Source: a virus
Reading direction: 5' to 3' (one strand)
Virus record (IMG/VR): IMGVR_UViG_3300020419_001305
Span: 14,285-78,284 of that record
Length of the DNA: 64,000 nucleotides
Within the stretch, counting starts at the first letter, position 1, and each line of letters begins with the position of its first letter. Position numbers and translations under genes: made by a program. The notes beneath the pieces are model-generated. The model saw nothing but the letters and a program-made list of their open reading frames with translations, had not been told where the DNA came from and searched no databases. Of the stretch, positions 1-8,651 are shown piece by piece.

Positions 1-2
1 TA

Positions 3-434
3 GAAAAAGAACCAGAAGTTATAACAGGTATCGGGGCAGTTAAAGGTACTTTCAAACAAGCAGAAGTAGAAAAACAAAAACAAGAAGAAGTAAAAGATTT
101 AGGTGAAGATATTACTCCCGAACAGATATCTGAAAGATCTTCTCTTGTACAAAAGTATGATCAAGATAGTGTATGGTCTGAAGCGAAAAGAGTATGGAAA
201 TCTAAGCATCCAGATCAAAATATAAAAGATTGGAAACATGCTTATATTTCAGGCAGGATACATGAACTACCATGGCAACAATACTTAGACTATAAAGATC
301 AAGAAGTACAAAAAGCACTTGAAAGTCGTATTAAACCAGATCTCACAGAAGTTATTAATCCAGATGGGTACGAACAAAATGCTGAACAAAGTGAAAAGTC
401 AGTATGGAACAAGATACGTGACAAGGACAAATAA
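3..434 (+). CDS. Hypothetical protein, 5'-truncated by window edge
   Basis: Open frame EKEPEVITG...WNKIRDKDK ending TAA at 432-434; no start in window. Confidence 0.7.
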   Translation, partial: EKEPEVITGIGAVKGTFKQAEVEKQKQEEVKDLGEDITPEQISERSSLVQKYDQDSVWSEAKRVWKSKHPDQNIKDWKHAYISGRIHELPWQQYLDYKDQEVQKALESRIKPDLTEVINPDGYEQNAEQSEKSVWNKIRDKDK

Positions 435-442
435 GTATTAGG

Positions 443-832
443 ATGACTGATACTCTTATTAATTTAATTACATACCCTGACAAACTTTTTAATGATAACA
501 AAAGTATAATTTTGGTTAATCCAAGTGATATGCTAAAAGAGCATTTCAATTTATTAGCCAAAGATTTAAAAAGTCCAATTAACGTATATCTTTATGAAAA
601 CAACGAAACTGAGATAGAATGGCTTCTAGATGTTTGCCAAAATGTAGATAATATTATACTAGATATTGATAATACCAAAATACAACAGTGGGTAATTGGT
701 TACATACTTAATTTTAGCAAAACTTTTTACTTGACAAACCAGGTGGGTATGCCTTATAATATAATTAATTCAAATAGAATATATGAGTTCAAACAATTTA
801 TGGAAGGAGTAAATTATTTTGAGGTACAATAA
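443..832 (+). CDS. Hypothetical protein
   Basis: 129-aa ORF; TAAGTA (432-437) 5 nt before ATG. Confidence 0.7.
   Translation: MTDTLINLITYPDKLFNDNKSIILVNPSDMLKEHFNLLAKDLKSPINVYLYENNETEIEWLLDVCQNVDNIILDIDNTKIQQWVIGYILNFSKTFYLTNQVGMPYNIINSNRIYEFKQFMEGVNYFEVQ
731..760 (+). promoter_or_regulatory. Sigma70-type promoter upstream of rpsU operon
   Basis: TTGACA (731-736) N18 TATAAT (755-760). Confidence 0.7.
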
Positions 833-1085
833 ATTTAATCGAAGGCACGACAAGAATAAAGAAAAAGAAATTGGAAGTGGCATCTACGTAGAAGTTAGAG
901 GTGGCGATGCTACAAAAGCAATTAGGATTTTCAAGAAGAAAGTTCAAGACGCAGGGATTATACAAGAGTATAGAGAAAGACAATACTATGTCAAGCCAAG
1001 CGAAAAGAAAAGAAAAGCCAAACAAGCAGGTAGAAAACGTTGGCTTAAGAAACAAGAAAAAAATTTAGTAGATAGAGGTTTCTAA
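819..1085 (+). CDS. rpsU: Ribosomal protein bS21
   Basis: VEVRGGDATKAIRIFKKKVQDAGIIQEYRERQYYVKPSEKKRKAK matches the S21 pattern; SD AAGGAG, TTG start. Confidence 0.92.
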   Translation: MRYNKFNRRHDKNKEKEIGSGIYVEVRGGDATKAIRIFKKKVQDAGIIQEYRERQYYVKPSEKKRKAKQAGRKRWLKKQEKNLVDRGF

Positions 1086-1661
1086 ATGCCCCTAAAGGCT
1101 GAAGCATGGTTTCCTAGTCTAATCTGGTCTGGGTTGCTAGACAACACACACAACGATAAAATTAAAGATTTTGCTTATGAAAGAAAAAAGCAAGATAAAG
1201 GTGTAGAACTATCTAATTATATAGGGTGGCAAAGCACGTCAATTAGACAAGGTGACGATGACACATTTGATAGACTTGTTGAATCTATAACTTCTAACAT
1301 AGAAGATTGTAGAAATTTAGTTGAACTTCCTGAATTACAACTTTACAATATTTGGATTAATATTAATACTCCTGGAGCATATAACGCCTTACATAATCAT
1401 CCAGGAAGTGTTTTAAGCGGTGTTTACTATGTAGAAAGCACAGAAGAGCAGGGTAACATATTCTTTGAAAGAGGCGATAATGCTGAATATTTTTTACCAC
1501 CTGTACAACAAACTAATTATTTTAACGGAACTGCTACATCCTATAAAGCTATATCAGGTGCTATGTATGTATTTCCTAGTTGGTTAAAACATAGTGTACA
1601 ACCTAATAAAACAGATAAAGATAGAATATCAATATCATTTAACTACGGAGTGAAGAAATGA
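1086..1661 (+). CDS. 2OG-Fe(II) oxygenase-like protein (TIGR02466 type)
   Basis: WININ..HNHPGSVLSGVYY..FPSWLKHSV..RISISFN. Confidence 0.85.
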   Translation: MPLKAEAWFPSLIWSGLLDNTHNDKIKDFAYERKKQDKGVELSNYIGWQSTSIRQGDDDTFDRLVESITSNIEDCRNLVELPELQLYNIWININTPGAYNALHNHPGSVLSGVYYVESTEEQGNIFFERGDNAEYFLPPVQQTNYFNGTATSYKAISGAMYVFPSWLKHSVQPNKTDKDRISISFNYGVKK

Positions 1662-2707
1662 GAATCGAACAGGATATTAAACTAGACTACCAAGATGTGC
1701 TTTTTAAGCCTAAAAGATCTACTTTAACATCTAGGAAAGATGTAGACCTAACAAGAACATTCAAATTTTATAATAGTGGCAAAGAATGGACTGGTGTTCC
1801 TATCATGTCAAGTAACATGGATGGTGTAGGAACATTTTCTATGGCAAAGATTTTACAAGAAAAGAAAATGATCACTGTGTTAAGAAAACATTATACATTA
1901 GATGATTGGAAAACTGCTATAGGTGATGGAGTGAAAATGAAGTACCTAGCTGTCTGTACAGGTACAGGAGTAATATGGGATAAAGATGCTTTGGATTATA
2001 ACACTATGAAACAAGTGTTGGAAAAATATCCAGACATCCCTTTTATTTGTGTAGATGTAGCAAACGGTTATCACGAGAACTACGGTGACTTCATTGAAAA
2101 ACTAAGGTACGAATATCAGGATAAAACTATCATAGCAGGTAATGTTATTACTGGGGAAATGACTGAAGAATTAATCTTAAGAGGAGCCGACGTAGTTAAG
2201 TGTGGAATTGGTCCTGGATCAGTATGTACTACACGATTAATGACAGGTGTTGGAGTTCCGCAACTATCAGGCATCATTGAATGTGCTGATGCGGCCAATG
2301 GCGTTGGAGGACACATTATTGCTGACGGAGGTTGTGTACATCCAGGAGATGTTGCTAAAGCCTTTGGAGCAGGTGCTCACTTTGTAATGCTTGGCGGTAT
2401 GTTAGCAGGACACGATGAGAGCGAAGGTGAAGTAATTAATGGCAAAGTACAATTTTACGGAATGAGTTCAAATGCGGCTATGACGAAGCATGGTTCACGT
2501 AAAGATGGTTACCGTGGAGCAGAAGGCAAGGTGGTTGAACTTCCTTATAAAGGTGCGGTAAACGACACAGTAACAGAAATATTAGGCGGTGTACGTTCCG
2601 CGGCTACATATATTGGTGCTAAACGTATTAAAGACATGCCAAAATGTACTACCTTTGTACGTGTCAATAATGTAGTAAACAAGGTTTATACTCCGTTTGA
2701 AGCATAA
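1658..2707 (+). CDS. guaC: GMP reductase
   Basis: KLDYQDVLFKPKRSTLTSR, DVANGY, GIGPGSVCTTR (catalytic Cys), ADGGC, FYGMSS. Confidence 0.95.
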   Translation: MRIEQDIKLDYQDVLFKPKRSTLTSRKDVDLTRTFKFYNSGKEWTGVPIMSSNMDGVGTFSMAKILQEKKMITVLRKHYTLDDWKTAIGDGVKMKYLAVCTGTGVIWDKDALDYNTMKQVLEKYPDIPFICVDVANGYHENYGDFIEKLRYEYQDKTIIAGNVITGEMTEELILRGADVVKCGIGPGSVCTTRLMTGVGVPQLSGIIECADAANGVGGHIIADGGCVHPGDVAKAFGAGAHFVMLGGMLAGHDESEGEVINGKVQFYGMSSNAAMTKHGSRKDGYRGAEGKVVELPYKGAVNDTVTEILGGVRSAATYIGAKRIKDMPKCTTFVRVNNVVNKVYTPFEA

Positions 2708-2724
2708 AATGGTAAAAAAATCAC

Positions 2725-2772
2725 TTGACTTTTAGCCGTATTATGCTTATATTAATACTAGTATGATAAATA
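2725..2772 (+). promoter_or_regulatory. Tandem sigma70-type and TAAATA late-type promoters for hsp20
   Basis: TTGACT (2725-2730) N17 TATATT (2748-2753); TAAATA at 2767-2772. Confidence 0.6.
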
Positions 2773-2775
2773 CTA

Positions 2776-2862
2776 TTGTTGAAGATATGCCAGGGTTGGG
2801 TATTTTTAACAAGGGCACGAGCCCAAATAACGTTAACTTGCTTATATAAGGAGAAAACAATG
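2776..2862 (+). promoter_or_regulatory. ROSE-like RNA thermometer in hsp20 5'UTR
   Basis: Hairpins 2776-2812 and GGGC-acga-GCCC 2813-2824, then CTTGCTT-atat-AAGGAG (2837-2853) pairing the SD with a bulged G. Confidence 0.7.
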
Positions 2863-3300
2863 ACAAGAGTAACTACACTAAACCTACCCACTTTTCACAG
2901 ATCAATGATTGGATTCGATAGTTTGTTCGATGAAATGGACAGAATGTTCGAAAACAGTACAACTTCATCTGGTGGATATCCCCCATACAATATAGCTAAG
3001 ATCAACGAAGATGAGTTTATGATCTCAATCGCAGTTGCTGGCTTTGGTATGGATAACCTTAAGATTGAAAAGGACAAAAATGTGCTTACAATCGAAGGTA
3101 CACAGCCGAAAGGTACTGAAGAAGTGAACTACGTTCACAGAGGTATTGCTGGACGTAATTTCAGCAGACAGTTTACATTAGCAGAACATGTTGATGTAAC
3201 ATCAGCAAAACTAGAAAAAGGTATGCTAAACATACATTTGACTAGAGAAGTACCAGAAGCACTGAAACCTAAAACAATTGATATTGTAGAGGCAGAGTAA
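2860..3300 (+). CDS. Small heat-shock protein Hsp20 (IbpA-like)
   Basis: IGFDSLFD, YPPYNI, AVAGF, HRGIAGRNF, GMLNIHL; start moved to ATG 2860 (SD AAGGAG). Confidence 0.93.
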   Translation: MTRVTTLNLPTFHRSMIGFDSLFDEMDRMFENSTTSSGGYPPYNIAKINEDEFMISIAVAGFGMDNLKIEKDKNVLTIEGTQPKGTEEVNYVHRGIAGRNFSRQFTLAEHVDVTSAKLEKGMLNIHLTREVPEALKPKTIDIVEAE

Positions 3301-3309
3301 CTGAGGTAA

Positions 3310-3333
3310 GTTTAGGGGGGAAACCCCCTAAAC
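3310..3333 (+). terminator. GC-rich hairpin after hsp20 (stabiliser/attenuator; no U-tract)
   Basis: GTTTAGGGGG-GAAA-CCCCCTAAAC. Confidence 0.5.
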
Positions 3334-3347
3334 AGACAGGATTTATT

Positions 3348-3662
3348 ATGACTGAGATTATTTTAGAAAAAGAAATAAACGTAAAAGAGCAGATTGAAGA
3401 AGTTACTAAAGAACCTTCAAAATACAAGGTTATATTTATGAACGACAACGAAACTCCTATGGACTTTGTTGTTGCTCTATTGACAGAAGTATTCAAGCAT
3501 TCAGAAAAGACAGCCCAAGAACTTACCATGAAAATACATGCTGAAGGACAGGCAATAGTTGGTATATATTCATTTGAAATAGCAGAGCAAAAGGCAGTTG
3601 AAGCCACTAAATTATCACGTGAAAATGGGTACCCACTACAGATAGCAATAGACAAAGAATAG
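3348..3662 (+). CDS. clpS: Clp protease adaptor ClpS
   Basis: PSKYKVIFMNDNETPMDFVV..IHAEG..EIAEQK..GYPL. Confidence 0.92.
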   Translation: MTEIILEKEINVKEQIEEVTKEPSKYKVIFMNDNETPMDFVVALLTEVFKHSEKTAQELTMKIHAEGQAIVGIYSFEIAEQKAVEATKLSRENGYPLQIAIDKE

Positions 3663-3706
3663 CATAAATACTTTGTTGAATGATAATTTATTACAAGGAG
3701 TAAAGC

Positions 3707-4288
3707 ATGAGTTTAGAATCTTTAACACAAGCGTCACATCAGAACGCTGACAGAACGGAATTTGCTCGAGAGAAGATGGCCGGTAATTTGACTGAAGAAA
3801 AGTATAAAACTTTTTTATGGAATACTTACTTGGTATATGATATCTTAGAAGATGTAGCATCTAGCATGGGAGCATTTGCGCCTATGGATCCTTCTATGCC
3901 AGCTGATGATTTACCGCTTGATGGATTAAAACAAGCAGATGATATCCTAGCTGATTTTGTTGAGCTAGGTGGTAACCCAGATAGTCCTCCTACAGAAGTA
4001 CAAGCAACTGAGGATTATAGAAATCATATCGTGAAGAACATACAACATGATAAGCAAAAGTTAATTGCTCATCTGTATGTGAATCATATGGCAGATTTAA
4101 CTGACGGACCAACATTAGTAAAAAAAGTACCAGGTTCAGGAAAAATGTACAAGTTTGAAGAAATGAATCACTCTATAGAAGAGATGAAGGAACTTCTTTC
4201 AAGACGTGTTTCTGAAGGTGATGCTATAGAAGCTAACATTGGTTTCGGATTCAGAACACAACAGTACGAACAGTTAAACGCACTATAA
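3707..4288 (+). CDS. Heme oxygenase-like protein (divergent distal helix)
   Basis: Proximal His in SHQNADR; AHLYVNHMADLTDG; GSGKMYKF; EANIGF; directly upstream of a bilin reductase. Confidence 0.8.
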   Translation: MSLESLTQASHQNADRTEFAREKMAGNLTEEKYKTFLWNTYLVYDILEDVASSMGAFAPMDPSMPADDLPLDGLKQADDILADFVELGGNPDSPPTEVQATEDYRNHIVKNIQHDKQKLIAHLYVNHMADLTDGPTLVKKVPGSGKMYKFEEMNHSIEEMKELLSRRVSEGDAIEANIGFGFRTQQYEQLNAL

Positions 4289-4289
4289 A

Positions 4290-4973
4290 ATGATTTGGGA
4301 TAGGCTGGTTGAATGCCAGGACCAAATCATTAAACTGTTCGATCATCACGGAACTGAGATAAATGAACCAGGAATGGATCATTTTAATCAACCAGATAGC
4401 GGATGGATTAACAGAGTCTGGGCGAACGACGATATCAGAAGAGCTCATATAGACGTAGTAGATGCTAGAGGTTCAAAAGGCCTTTGGATGATGCACGTCT
4501 GTGTATTTCCTCAACTTAACAACAATGGACCAATTTATGGCTTTGATGTTATATCAGGAAAAAGTAAAATGACAGGAGCCTTTCATGATTTTTCAGCAAG
4601 TTCAGGTGGCGAAGATCATCCAATGGTTCAGTGGTATCAAGATGAAGTAAAAGACTTTATTCCAGAAAAACAAAGAGAACTTCCGGAATGGGCAACAAAC
4701 ATTTTTACTCCTAGCATGATTGCGGCAAGTAATGTTAGAGAAGAAGAAGCATCAGTTATCATTCAAATTGCTTTAGACAATCTTTTCACATATCTTGATA
4801 CCATTGGTGAACACACTGGTGAAGGTGACAGAGATTTAACCTTAGCTAGTCAAAATTATTATTGCCATAATCAGCAACAGAATCCACATACGCCTAGAGT
4901 AATGAAATCCTTAGGATTAAATGAAACTGACGTAGAAAAATTCTGTACTGATATGTTATTTCCAAAAAGTTAA
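4290..4973 (+). CDS. Ferredoxin-dependent bilin reductase (PcyX/PcyA-like)
   Basis: RRAHIDVVD, MMHVCVFP, PIYGFD, GAFHDFS, RELPEWA..IF, QNYYCHNQQQNPHTPRVM. Confidence 0.88.
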   Translation: MIWDRLVECQDQIIKLFDHHGTEINEPGMDHFNQPDSGWINRVWANDDIRRAHIDVVDARGSKGLWMMHVCVFPQLNNNGPIYGFDVISGKSKMTGAFHDFSASSGGEDHPMVQWYQDEVKDFIPEKQRELPEWATNIFTPSMIAASNVREEEASVIIQIALDNLFTYLDTIGEHTGEGDRDLTLASQNYYCHNQQQNPHTPRVMKSLGLNETDVEKFCTDMLFPKS

Positions 4974-5486
4974 TTATTTAGATATCACAGGATTATTAAG
5001 AGGATTGTCCAAAGCCTTTTGAATCTTGTTGTCTAATTGAGTTTCAAGTTCATCTATCTTCTTATCTATTCTATCAAGTTTACTATCCATTCTTAATTCG
5101 AATGTATTGATAACGCCTCTGACTGTATCAGTGTTAGCCCTGTTTCTTTCGTCTTGTTTGTCCATACTATCGTGTAAGTCACCTACATCGTCTTTCATTT
5201 CTATCTTCATATCGTGTACGTCACTTTTCACATCTCCTAACATTTCCTTAAAGATACCGATTTCTTCTTTCATTAAGATATAATCTTCTTTTAGTATTGC
5301 TAGGTTTTTATCGAATCCACTCATATCAGGAGCCACATAGGCATCTATCTTTTGTTCCATCATAAGATATCTGTTATAAAGTTCAAAGCCTCCCCAAAGT
5401 CCACCGATAATGGTACCTATTAAAGGCAGTATGAGTAACATCTTACTACCGCCTACTTTGATACCTTTGTATTCTATTTCTGCCAT
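4974..5486 (-). CDS. Membrane-anchored coiled-coil hypothetical protein
   Basis: N-terminal TM LLILPLIGTIIGGLWGGF then heptad-rich helix; SD AGGAG; TAAATA upstream on minus strand. Confidence 0.75.
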   Translation of the reverse strand: MAEIEYKGIKVGGSKMLLILPLIGTIIGGLWGGFELYNRYLMMEQKIDAYVAPDMSGFDKNLAILKEDYILMKEEIGIFKEMLGDVKSDVHDMKIEMKDDVGDLHDSMDKQDERNRANTDTVRGVINTFELRMDSKLDRIDKKIDELETQLDNKIQKALDNPLNNPVISK

Positions 5487-5512
5487 TTGTTTCTCCTATT
5501 AAATGTAGTTAT

Positions 5513-7684
5513 TTATTGTAAACCAAGTCCATATCCTGGTTTGTATTGCTCATTAATCATATCGTTCATCAAGTTATCCTGTGCTGAACCAAATAGGGCA
5601 CCGTATGGATCGCCCATCATTACCTGATCTCTATAAACCTGTGTATCAGAGTACCAATCTATTGCGTCTTCATTCTGTTTTTGTACGTATTTCTTAAAAT
5701 TTTCTGTATCTGCTAATGATTGCATCAAAGCAATTTTGGTTGTTTCGTTTATAGCACTATAAGTATCAGCCATAGCACTTAGGATTCTATTAGCAATCTT
5801 CTGTTTAGCCTTAGCTATTTCAGTCTTGATTTTTTCCTTAGTCTGTTTTGTTGTTCCCTTGGACTTAGATTTCTTATCTCCTTTGCTTCCTTTTCCATCT
5901 GTCTTTTGTCCGCCAGTGTCTTCTCTCCCGGCATCATCTCCATCTGCTTCACTAGCAGACTCTGACTCTGTGCTATCTCCGGCTTCTGACTCGCTTTCTG
6001 ATTCACTGGTATCTCCTCTAGAATCAGAATCTCCGTCGGCTTCTGATGAACTGTCGCTGTTATTTTCTTCCACTGACTGTTCAGCATCACTACCGGACTC
6101 TTGTATATCTTCTGAAGCCGATTCATTGCTGTTCGTATCATTTGAACTTTCGGCTTCGGAAACTTCCGCTTCCACACTGGCATTTTCTGTTGCTCCCTCT
6201 TCTACAGTATTTACTTCTACTTCAACTGTAGCTTCTGTAGTAGCTTCAACATTTACATCCATCTCAACGTTTGTTGATCCTGCGTCAGCCATTTCTATAT
6301 TAGTGTCTGGCATATCAATTTCTATTTCTATTTCTCCGACTGCGTCTGCTACTGCTGAATCTATCTGCGAACCAATGTCTGCTTCTATTTCTGCTACCGC
6401 AATTTCTGGTAGTTCTGTTGGGCCTACATCTAAATCAAAGTTTAGATCTATCTCAGCAATGGTTTCTACTTGTACTATACCTGTGTCTAAGTTTGTAGAA
6501 TTCATTTCAACTGTGGCTACATTAGTTGTTTCGTCTACTTCTACACTAAACTCCATTTCTATTCCACCACCTGTGTCGTCATTTACTATAGCTATTTCAA
6601 ATGAATCAACGTCTGTATAATCTATATCAATTACTCCTGTGCTTCCGTCATCTATTGTAGGATCACCTATGAACACACTTGTCAATGTATCTTCGCTTGT
6701 ATTATAAACTGTTTGTTGTGTGCTTAATATTATGTTTGTTATTGTTTCTGTGATAGTTGTTATAGCATCGTATGTAAGTGTCATAAAAGGATCGCTAAAC
6801 ACAGGACCATAATAACCTGAGTGGTATCCCGCATCAACTCCCCACAGTTCCATTTGTCCCCATACCTCAGTGTAACTGTTTGAAGCAATGTCTTGCGTGA
6901 ATGAATGTGTTTGTGTGCCGTTGTAAGTAAGTGTTACAAATTGACTATACTCTCCTATTAGGTTAGTAGCATTTGCTCCTGCCGCCTTGTAAAGTTTTGC
7001 TGTAATTCTAAATACGTCTTTACAGTCGCCGCCGGTTGCTGAACACAAAGGCACAGTAGTATTTGATTTGTGTGATTGTACATCAACACCATAGTTTAAT
7101 TGGAAGCCTGATTGTATTTCTGCAACAGTTAAGTCTAACCCCATTTCAAATTGTTCTGACTGTATTTCGCCGCCACCTAATGCAAGGAAGTTTGAATTTT
7201 GTTCCGTTACAAGATTGTTATTATTATTAGCTTGATAACCTGTACAGGCTTCACCTGCGCCAACAGTTGAACTTGATCCACCTGTTCTACATTGGGTTTG
7301 ACCTTGTAACTTTACTCTACCAGTTGAAGACCAATCCGAATCATTTATTGTAGGCAAACTATTTGTAGTTGTTGTAGACGTTAGTACAGTTGTCTGTTGT
7401 GTTGTAGTGCTTGTTGTAGCAATTTGTTCAATAACTGTTTCTGTATATTGTGTCGTGGTTGTTGTATCTTCAAAGCCACCATTGAGAGCAACTTCTGTGT
7501 TTGTAATCACAGATGTAATTGTGCTAGATGTAACAGTACCGCCGTTAGGTCCGGTATCACCTACATTATATTGTTGTGTGTATGATAGTGCTGGACTAGA
7601 GTAAGAACAACAACAAAGCACCAATACCAATACTCCAAGTAGTTGCCTTATTTTGCCATTCTTTTTCGTATGCTTCAAGATCAT
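5513..7684 (-). CDS. Large secreted/membrane-anchored acidic protein
   Basis: 723 aa; signal-like N-terminus, Thr-rich linkers, Cys-pair domain, long D/E/S tract, basic patch. Confidence 0.8.
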   Translation of the reverse strand: MILKHTKKNGKIRQLLGVLVLVLCCCSYSSPALSYTQQYNVGDTGPNGGTVTSSTITSVITNTEVALNGGFEDTTTTTQYTETVIEQIATTSTTTQQTTVLTSTTTTNSLPTINDSDWSSTGRVKLQGQTQCRTGGSSSTVGAGEACTGYQANNNNNLVTEQNSNFLALGGGEIQSEQFEMGLDLTVAEIQSGFQLNYGVDVQSHKSNTTVPLCSATGGDCKDVFRITAKLYKAAGANATNLIGEYSQFVTLTYNGTQTHSFTQDIASNSYTEVWGQMELWGVDAGYHSGYYGPVFSDPFMTLTYDAITTITETITNIILSTQQTVYNTSEDTLTSVFIGDPTIDDGSTGVIDIDYTDVDSFEIAIVNDDTGGGIEMEFSVEVDETTNVATVEMNSTNLDTGIVQVETIAEIDLNFDLDVGPTELPEIAVAEIEADIGSQIDSAVADAVGEIEIEIDMPDTNIEMADAGSTNVEMDVNVEATTEATVEVEVNTVEEGATENASVEAEVSEAESSNDTNSNESASEDIQESGSDAEQSVEENNSDSSSEADGDSDSRGDTSESESESEAGDSTESESASEADGDDAGREDTGGQKTDGKGSKGDKKSKSKGTTKQTKEKIKTEIAKAKQKIANRILSAMADTYSAINETTKIALMQSLADTENFKKYVQKQNEDAIDWYSDTQVYRDQVMMGDPYGALFGSAQDNLMNDMINEQYKPGYGLGLQ

Positions 7685-8138
7685 TTTCTTTCAACCATTT
7701 CTCATAATCAGGACGCCTCTCAGGATTTTCAGCCCAAGCCTTGGCCGCTTCGATACCAATCTTGCCTTTGTAAGGACAAGGTGTACCTGCCATTTCCATA
7801 GCTTCAAAAACTCTAGCATCTTGACATAGTAAACTGACTGCCGCTACCTTCATTCCCATACCATATAACGATCTGGATAGTTTCAGTCTTTCACAATTTA
7901 GATCTCTTATTGTTGTTCCTCCGGCAATACCTAGTACCTGTGTTTGTACTGCGGCACTGGTTCCTGTGGAACACACATCTTGATTGTTTATCATAACGTT
8001 TGGTGCCGATGCTGTTGGAGGAGTTTTATCAACCGTCGTAGTTCCTGTTACAGTTGATGTCACTGTATTAGTTTCTGCGTGTATGGCCATTGGCCAAAAG
8101 AATACGATAAATGAAATTAGAATAAAATATTTTTTCAC
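7596..8138 (-). CDS. Secreted Cys-containing protein with C-terminal TM anchor
   Basis: Signal peptide ending AIHA, PPTASAP, four Cys (DVC, LNC, LLC, TPC), C-terminal hydrophobic tail. Confidence 0.8.
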   Translation of the reverse strand: MKKYFILISFIVFFWPMAIHAETNTVTSTVTGTTTVDKTPPTASAPNVMINNQDVCSTGTSAAVQTQVLGIAGGTTIRDLNCERLKLSRSLYGMGMKVAAVSLLCQDARVFEAMEMAGTPCPYKGKIGIEAAKAWAENPERRPDYEKWLKENDLEAYEKEWQNKATTWSIGIGALLLFLL

Positions 8139-8202
8139 GGTTTTTTTGCCCTCTTAACTTTCTTTTTATAAGCTAAATTTACTTCAATGTTATTTATCGT
8201 TT

Positions 8203-8244
8203 GGTGTAAAAATTTTTACACCTAGTATTATACTATCGTATAAT
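8203..8244 (+). promoter_or_regulatory. 20-bp perfect palindrome overlapping the -35 of a sigma70-type promoter
   Basis: GGTGTAAAAATTTTTACACC (8203-8222); TTTACA (8215-8220) N18 TATAAT (8239-8244). Confidence 0.7.
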
Positions 8245-8258
8245 GAATAAATAAAGCT

Positions 8259-8534
8259 ATGGACCATGAAACAGATACAAATAAGCAGATGCATGTAGAA
8301 GCAGAAGAGTTCAATAAGGCGTTTGATGAGTTATGGGGTCCCATAATTATTGATACGTCTCCTGTGACGTTACCCCAAGAAATAGCAGTCCTTGAACAAA
8401 AAAGGATAAGTTTAGCACTTGATAACAATCAGGGAAATAGGACGAAAGCGGCTGAAGAACTAGGTTTAGGTAGAACAAATTTAATAGCTAAACTGAAAAA
8501 GTACAAATTGGATGAGTACTTAGAAGCCTGTTAG
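8259..8534 (+). CDS. Stand-alone Fis-family HTH protein
   Basis: LEQKRISLALDNNQGNRTKAAEELGLGRTNLIAKLKKY. Confidence 0.85.
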   Translation: MDHETDTNKQMHVEAEEFNKAFDELWGPIIIDTSPVTLPQEIAVLEQKRISLALDNNQGNRTKAAEELGLGRTNLIAKLKKYKLDEYLEAC

Positions 8535-8651
8535 AGCCCTCACGCTCTGCAATTTTATTTAGCTTAGATTTCACTTTTAAGCTAGACAAATCTTTTGCCC
8601 TATTAAATACATAAAAAGCAGATATTGCTAACCCAAAAAAAGGACTTAAAG

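Noticed and set aside
2776-2859. N-terminal extension of Hsp20 in the ORF track
   Set aside because: Region is a structured 5'UTR; the SD-supported start is ATG 2860
5815-6620. 264-aa + strand ORF and 122-aa alternative-frame ORF
   Set aside because: Shadows of the low-complexity acidic tract of the 723-aa gene; no RBS, composition is the antisense mirror
8535-8600. Imperfect hairpin and a 10-bp inverted match (TAAGCTAAAT) on the other side of the Fis-like gene
   Set aside because: Short and AT-rich, compatible with chance; no target-site duplication
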